A DNA stretch of 64,000 nt from Octopus vulgaris (taxonomy: Eukaryota): contig OX597829.1 of assembly GCA_951406725.2 (NCBI GenBank), positions 35,030,001 to 35,094,000 on the forward strand, given 5' to 3'. Positions 57,358-64,000 of the stretch are shown here, piece by piece (the stretch's first letter is position 1; every line of letters starts with the position of its first letter). Under the pieces are notes generated by a model that was not told the origin of the DNA, ran no database searches, and saw nothing but the letters and a program-made list of their open reading frames with translations. The translations under genes and the position numbers were made by a program.

Positions 57358-57619
57358 TTAAAAATTGGTTGAGGTGCATTCTAATTTGTTTTGCAAGAAT
57401 TCTGAATCTTGTGTTGCTTATATTTGGGGAGAATAAAAAATTTGGCAATTAAAAATTTCTAGTTTAAAATTTAAATACACTCACGGGTTGTGATTTATTC
57501 CAGCTTTTGTTGATGTTCTAAGAAATTCTTCATCACAATTTTTCTGTAGCCATCTCAAAAGAGAATTTAATGTCAATGAAAACAGCACAGTAAAAGTTTG
57601 TCAACTTGCTGGAGAGTTG

Positions 57620-58150
57620 TAAATTTCTTGGATGCGAAAGGAAAGGACAACTGTTAACCGTGAGCTTGCTGATCAATATCAGAATTAGCCAAGTTTTGTT
57701 AAGACCACCGTTTCTAGGTCCTTCTTGATTAACAAGCCATCAGTGTTTCTCCTTGAAACTGTTTCTTATTCACTAGAGGTACTATCAAGATGTCTTCACC
57801 CTGTCTCACTACCAGCCGTCTATATATTTCTAACTTCCGCCGACCGAATTCCTCGATTAGTAGAGGGCCGAGGCTACAAAACCAAATCTGTTCTCATTAG
57901 AAAATGTTCTAAAAATTACTGTTTTTCTTTCCTCTTTCTTTTTCTCTTCTTCTGGCATGACTAGTTTTATGTTCGTTCCTTCTATTTTCACCATTTTGCT
58001 GTACTTCCTCAAATTGTCCATATCACATTCCATATTCACTTGCTCTATCTCGTATGTGTTCTCGGTTTCCCGCGCTTTGGCGATCTCCGCATACGTCTTC
58101 ATTTCTTCAGCTTCTCTTGCACCGCCCAACATGACGGTTTCGCATCAATC
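57620..58150 (-). pseudogene. ORF1 N-terminal fragment of a related Tx1-like LINE
   Basis: KTYAEIAK..IKLVMPEEEKKKEERKTVIFRTFS resembles TNFAEAIK..VKINIPQEILEDEKKRTIIYKIIN in ORF1 at 13602-13775. Confidence 0.55.
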
Positions 58151-58674
58151 GGTCTCACTTCTCAAAAACAAACTCAAAAAAGGGGTGTAACAATCACCGG
58201 TTGTCGATGAAAAGTAGGCATCCCTAAAGTTAATTGTAAAGTTTAATCGTACAAACAAGTATTTAAAATGTTATTTTTGTTGGAAAAAAAGGACACATAT
58301 GAATGTTTATTTTAAAGGCAGGAAACGAAAGGAAAGGTCACGGTTTCGCATTGCTGCGAAACTAGAGGTAGTTTTAAGGTTAATTGTAAGGTATATTTGT
58401 AAAGTTAATTGTAAAGTTTAATCATAAAGTGTGTTTGTAAAGTTTTTATTGTAAAGTTAATTGTAAAGTTTAATCGTAAAGTCAATTGTAAAGTGTAATT
58501 GTAAAGGTATTCCCGGTTCGTCTCGAAGCGGGGGCGAGATGGCTGTCTCATTTGCATCATAATTATATTCATTTCATTATCCTTTTCCATTCGTTTTTAT
58601 GTCCCCGCATGTTTTTGTATGTCTTCTCTGTATGCAGGCTTTGTGACTATAATAAAGAGAAAACCGTTGATTGT

Positions 58675-58719
58675 CACACGCTGATGACGGATCAATATCC
58701 AGAAACTCGAGTCCGTGTG
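58675..58719 (+). ncRNA. Type I hammerhead ribozyme, intact core, predicted cleavage after C58713
   Basis: CACACG-CTGATGA-c-GGAT-caat-ATCC-a-GAAA-CTCGAG-TC-CGTGTG: 6-bp stem I, 4-bp stem II, palindromic stem III, GUC triplet. Confidence 0.85.
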
Positions 58720-59029
58720 TATCATAGGTTAAAGACAGGAAGGATGGATTCACCTTGCAAATACTGATAGGGCACAGAAAGTGTGTCAATAGCCAGCTGG
58801 AGAAAATGTTCTCCTGGGGCTACAAGATGCAGTAGCATCCACCCTTAAGGGTTAGCCACATTTAAGTAGCAAATATAATTCACGATGTCGTGCAGCTACT
58901 GATTATACCTCGCTCAGAGATTTATTATTGCTTGTTTACACTTTTTCGATATCAGTGACTTTTCGTCACTGGAAAAAGGATATATATTTGCAAAAGGAGG
59001 CCTACTTTTCATCGACAACGGTTTATTGT

Positions 59030-59075
59030 CACACGCAGATGACGGGTCAATAACCCAGAATCTCGAGTCCGTGTG
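59030..59075 (+). ncRNA. Second hammerhead copy with core mutations (probably inactive)
   Basis: CACACG-CaGATGA-c-GGGT-caata-ACCC-a-GAAt-CTCGAG-TC-CGTGTG. Confidence 0.7.
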
Positions 59076-59302
59076 TATCATAGGTTGAAACGGGAAGGAT
59101 GGCTTCCCTTTGCAAATACTGATAGGGCACAGAAAGTGTGTCAATAGCCAATTGGAAGAGATGTCCTCCTGGTTCTACAAGCTACAGTAGGATCCACCCT
59201 TAAGGGTTAGCCACATTTAAGTAGCAAATATACTTCACGATGTTGTGCAGCTACTGTTTATACCTGGCTCAGAGATTTATTATATATATATAATTTCACC
59301 TA

Positions 59303-59615
59303 TTCTTTTACTTGTTTCAGTCATTTGACTGCGGTCATGCTGGAGTACCGCTTTTAGTCGAGAAAATCGATCCCAGGACTTGTTCTTTGTAAGCGTAGTG
59401 CTTCTTTTATCCGTCTCTTTTGCCGAACCGCTAGCTTACGAGGACGTAAACACACCAGCATCGGTTGTCAAGCGATGTTGGCGGGATAAACACAGACACA
59501 CTAACATATACACACACATACATATATGTATACGACAGGCTTCTTTCAGTTTCCGTTGACCAAATCCACTCGCAAGGCTTTAGTCGGCTCGAGGCTATGG
59601 TAGAAGACACTTGCC
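59303..59615 (-). mobile_element. SINE family A, 5'-truncated
   Basis: Tail and body match family A. Confidence 0.85.
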
Positions 59616-59664
59616 ACATATATATGTGTGTGTGTGTGTATATTTACATACACACACACACACA

Positions 59665-59734
<70 letters not shown>

Positions 59735-59756
59735 CACGTATTTATATTATATATAC

Positions 59757-60185
59757 ACGCCTGGTTGTGGGGTAAGACGCTTGCTTCCCAATTACATGGT
59801 TCCGGGTTCAGTCTCACTGCATAGCACTTTATGCAATTGTATTCTACTATAGCCTCAGGCCGAACAAGTCCTTGTGAGTGGACTTGGTAGACGGAAACTG
59901 AAAGAAGCTCGTCGTGTATAATTATTTATGCATCTATTTATATATCTATGTGTTTGTGTGTGTTTGTCTTTTGTGTCTTTGTGTATGTATTCTTTTTACA
60001 GCTTTACAATCGGTGTTGGTGGGTTCACGTCCCTGTAAACTAGCGGTTCGACAAAAGAGACCGATTGAATAAGCACTAGACTTAAGAAATAAGTCATGTG
60101 CTTGATTTGTTCGTTTAAAAAAAATCTATTCATGGCAGTGCTCCAGCATGACCGCAGTCAAATGACTGACACAAGTAAAAAGAAT
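59757..60185 (+). mobile_element. SINE family A, older full-length copy
   Basis: ggttgtggggtaagacgcttgct..ggttccgggttcagtc through cagcatgaccgcagtcaaatgactga. Confidence 0.85.
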
Positions 60186-60360
60186 AATAAAAAAGAATAT
60201 ACGTGATATATAAATATATAGTGCCCAGGGTGACCGTAGCCGCATGGCTGAAACAAGTAAAAGAATATATATATATAAGTAAAATATTTGTAACATATAT
60301 GCATCTTTCGATAGAAATATATTTATAATATGCACAATTTCGTATATTCGCATGCATACC

Positions 60361-60395
<35 letters not shown>

Positions 60396-60545
60396 TTCTG
60401 TGCCTGCGTGCGTATGTGTGTATGCGTGTGTGTGCGCGTGTGTGTGTGAATGTACATATTTATGCGCATACACGTAACATGTACACAATTACTGAAATTT
60501 CTATTATGAAAACACACACACAGAAACGAACACATACATACACAC

Positions 60546-60596
<51 letters not shown>

Positions 60597-60676
60597 GGAT
60601 CTGTATATACGTTTACACATGTGTATATTTATAAAGTATATATACATGGTTCTGTGCGCTTATATGTGTGCGTGTG

Positions 60677-60712
<36 letters not shown>

Positions 60713-61097
60713 AGTATCTATATATGTGTAAGAATATTTAATTGTATGTGCGTATATCTGTGTATGTGTGCAACTTGCCATATATATATATATCTATATA
60801 GAACTTATATACACATGTACGTATATGTACCCATGTATACACGCAGGGATGTATGTGAATGCATGTGAGTGTGTGTGAGGGTGTATTTGTGTTTTTCTGT
60901 TTATATGCGTACATGAGTATGTATATACAGATAAGTTTATAAGGATTGTATTTATTATATATATGCTTTTGTTCATTTGCATACACACACACACGCGTAT
61001 ATATAATACATATATACATAAATACACACGCATACGCGCATATATATATACTTCTATACATATACAATTATATAATATATCCATATGCATACACACA

Positions 61098-61270
<173 letters not shown>

Positions 61271-61635
61271 ACATAAGCATATACGCTTATGTATTTGCGT
61301 GACTGTGTGTTTGTATATGTATGTATATTCAGATATATGTTCGTGCAAATATGTATATATATGTATGTACGCGCACACTCTCTTTCCCGCACACACACAC
61401 GCACACATCCACATACGCGCTCAAACACACGCATACATACACATACACGCACATATACCTTACATCGTATGCGTGTATGAATATTTCAAATTATGAAAAT
61501 AATTGATTTAATATAGAAAAATAGGCTCTATAACTAAATATTACGGAAACGCACACATGTCACTTGCAAGTACACACACTCTCTCAAACGTGTATGTGTG
61601 TATATTTATGTGTGCGTGCGTGTGTGTGTGTGTAT

Positions 61636-61685
<50 letters not shown>

Positions 61686-62486
61686 ATCATATACAATTTG
61701 TAATGAATATATCACAGAAAGATTAAAAAGCAATGAATAAAATTTATAATAATTGTTTTAGAAAAATTAAATGAAAATAATAAATAATATAATTGCTAAT
61801 AGCATAAATGATATCATTAAAGAAAGACGAAAAGACAAGACGGCGAGAAAACAAAACATAAACACGAAAAAGACTTTTAAGTTTAAAACATAAAGAGTAT
61901 TATAAACATAATAGAAAGCTGAAAAAATTGACGAAACTCAAACACACTCACACGCACACACACTTTATATGCTCACATATAGACAATATATACTTCATTT
62001 TGTTTTTCTTTTAGATTTTTTTTTTCACCACGTTCCTATATCTTATTATCACGTGTAGATTGTTAAACTATCTCAATACTTAGACAATCAATTTACTCAG
62101 TTTTAATATCTAAGATTAGAAATTCATCTTTGAAAAAAAAAAAAAAAAAAGCAAACACAATTGTAAACAAACAAAGGAAACTAAACTAAAAAAAAAAAAA
62201 AAGAAAATATATCAAAACATCAAAACATGGAAGAAAACGAACAAAAATATTTTAACATTGTTGTTGAAAGCTGTTTATCTCTGAGTGACACAAAACGTTG
62301 CTGATGTTGTCGTAGTTGTGTTTCAGTGTCTCATCTTTTAGTATCAATTGAATGGAAAGTTTTTTTTACCATTGTTTTCGTTCTTGCTCGTTTTTATTGC
62401 AATAATCAACAATGATACACATAATTCAGATATAGATATAAATTTGATTCTAACGGCAGAGAGTACACACACACACACATACGCAT

Positions 62487-62584
<98 letters not shown>

Positions 62585-63200
62585 TTCTTTTCTGTCTTTA
62601 TTTGAAATCTTCTGAGGAAGGCGCTGCTTTCTGACAAAGAAACAAAGCTCTATTTTTGGAATGTAGATAACAAAAACAAATCCATATTTTAAACTTGAGA
62701 AAAGTCTTGCATATTTTCACTGTTCCACTAACAGATTGCATTTGTAATGTGCGCATTAGCTGATGGATTTCTTTTCCTGAAAACCCTGGTTATTCAAACT
62801 GTCATTTAGGCATATATTCACAAAACCAAGTGTACCAATTATTATTGGTATAAATGCGAATTTATAATCCGGTTATAGAAGCGAAAGGTTTCAAAGAAGT
62901 TGTCCTTAGTTATCCCTTTATCCCTTTTCTCTTTGACTTTTGAAGAGATATTCATATCGACAGGGAAGCTGGCCTCTATGATGGTACGCAATTTTTTTTA
63001 TCTGTCTCAAATATCCGGACTGTTATATTTACACTTGATAGAAGTTTTGATAGGAATTCCCCATCAGTTTTCCTTGTGTTCATGTTTGTGCATGAAATAA
63101 ATAACAGAACTCCTCTCTCTATTTTTTCTGTGAGTCTCTTTTCCGAATGGCCTCGTATATTGTTTTTGTAACAACTTCATGTTGCATAGGGAGTTAGTAC
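62585..63200 (-). mobile_element. Degenerate R4/Dong-like RLE LINE 3' end (same type as 8050-9480)
   Basis: Minus QHEVVTKTIYEAIRK, PDYKFAFIPIIIGTLGFV. The 3' UTR resembles 47730-47825. Confidence 0.7.
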
Positions 63201-63214
63201 CTTTCCTATTATTA

Positions 63215-63612
63215 TTTTATTCTTTTACTTATTTCAGTCATTGGACAGCGACGATTCTGGAGCATCGTCTTTAGTCGAACAATTCGAACCCAAGACTTAT
63301 TCTTTGTAAGCCTAGTACTTATTCTATCGGTCACTTTTACCGAAGCGCTAAGTTGCCTAGGATGTAAATATACTAACATCGGTTGTCAAGCGATGGTGGT
63401 GGTGGTGGGGGGGAGAGAAACACAGACACATACATATACATATATGTACGACGAGCTTCTTTCAGTTTCCGTCTACCAAATCCACTTACAAGGCTTTGGT
63501 CGGCCCGAGGCTATAGTAGAAGACACCTGTCCAAAGTGCTATGCAGTGGGGCTGAATCCGGAATCATGTAGTTGGTAAGCAAGATTCTTACCACACAGCC
63601 ACTCTTGCGCCT
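63215..63612 (-). mobile_element. SINE family A, full length, diverged
   Basis: Ends cttaccacacagccactcttgcgcc on + (the head on minus). Confidence 0.85.
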
Positions 63613-64000
63613 AATGACATTTTTCGGTAGCTGCTAAACCCATATGCGCTTTGATGAAATTTTTGCCTAGCTGCTAATCCCATCTGCGCCTTGATGACAT
63701 CTTTGGCTAGTTGCTAATCCGATTTGCGCCTTGATGACATTTTTGGGTAGCTGCTAATTCCATCTACGCCTTGATGAAATTTTTGGCTAGCTGTTAATCC
63801 AATCTGCGCCTTGACATTTTTGGCTTGTTGCTAATCCGATTTGCGCCTTGATGACATATTTGGTTAGCTGCTAATTCCATCTGGGTCTTGATGACATTTT
63901 TGGTTAGCTGCTAATCCCATCTGCGCCTTGATGACATTTTTGGTTAGCTGCTAATCCCATCTGCGCCTTGATGACATTTTTGGTTAGCTGATAATCCCAT
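63613..64000 (+). repeat. 40-bp minisatellite, about 10 copies, runs off the window
   Basis: Unit tgatgacatttttggttagctgctaatcccatctgcgcct. Confidence 0.92.

Larger units (their letters stand above)
58663..59283 (+). mobile_element. Retrozyme/Penelope-pLTR-like direct repeat, 355-bp period, two hammerhead copies
   Basis: ttgtcacacg at 58671 and 59026. About 260 bp are shared through ctcagagatttattat. No ORF. Confidence 0.8.

Noticed and set aside
57358-57600. Possible Gypsy integrase C-terminal remnant on minus
   Set aside because: Too degenerate to identify a diagnostic motif.
63613-64000. CRISPR array or box C/D snoRNA cluster (TGATGA in each unit)
   Set aside because: Units are contiguous with no unique spacers, there are no cas genes, the context is eukaryotic, and no box D (CTGA) with a terminal stem is present.

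Overview
AT-rich, microsatellite-saturated eukaryotic intergenic/intronic DNA. The SINE, LINE and Penelope repertoire looks like an octopus (cephalopod) genome, which is inference. No intact host gene is recognisable, and almost all ORFs in the supplied track are microsatellite read-throughs. The window holds: (1) a near full-length Tx1/L1-clade LINE (12778-18989; ORF1 with zinc knuckle, ORF2 with APE endonuclease, RT and C-terminal cysteine motif), whose family members sit at or in (TATC)n arrays; (2) R4/Dong-like restriction-endonuclease LINEs, one inside (TAA)n and others beside (CA)n; (3) RTE, Gypsy, Tc1 and several Penelope GIY-YIG relics; (4) many tRNA-derived SINE copies; (5) about ten hammerhead-ribozyme-like motifs, including a 355-bp-period retrozyme-like tandem with an intact GUC hammerhead (58663-59283) and a long-stem-II hammerhead type; (6) two adjacent fold-back palindromes (10027-11637). 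The most interesting candidates are the (TATC)n-targeting Tx1 family, the hammerhead/retrozyme system, and the apparent partitioning of microsatellite classes among retroelement families. All calls are by eye, coordinates are approximate, and no database search was run.
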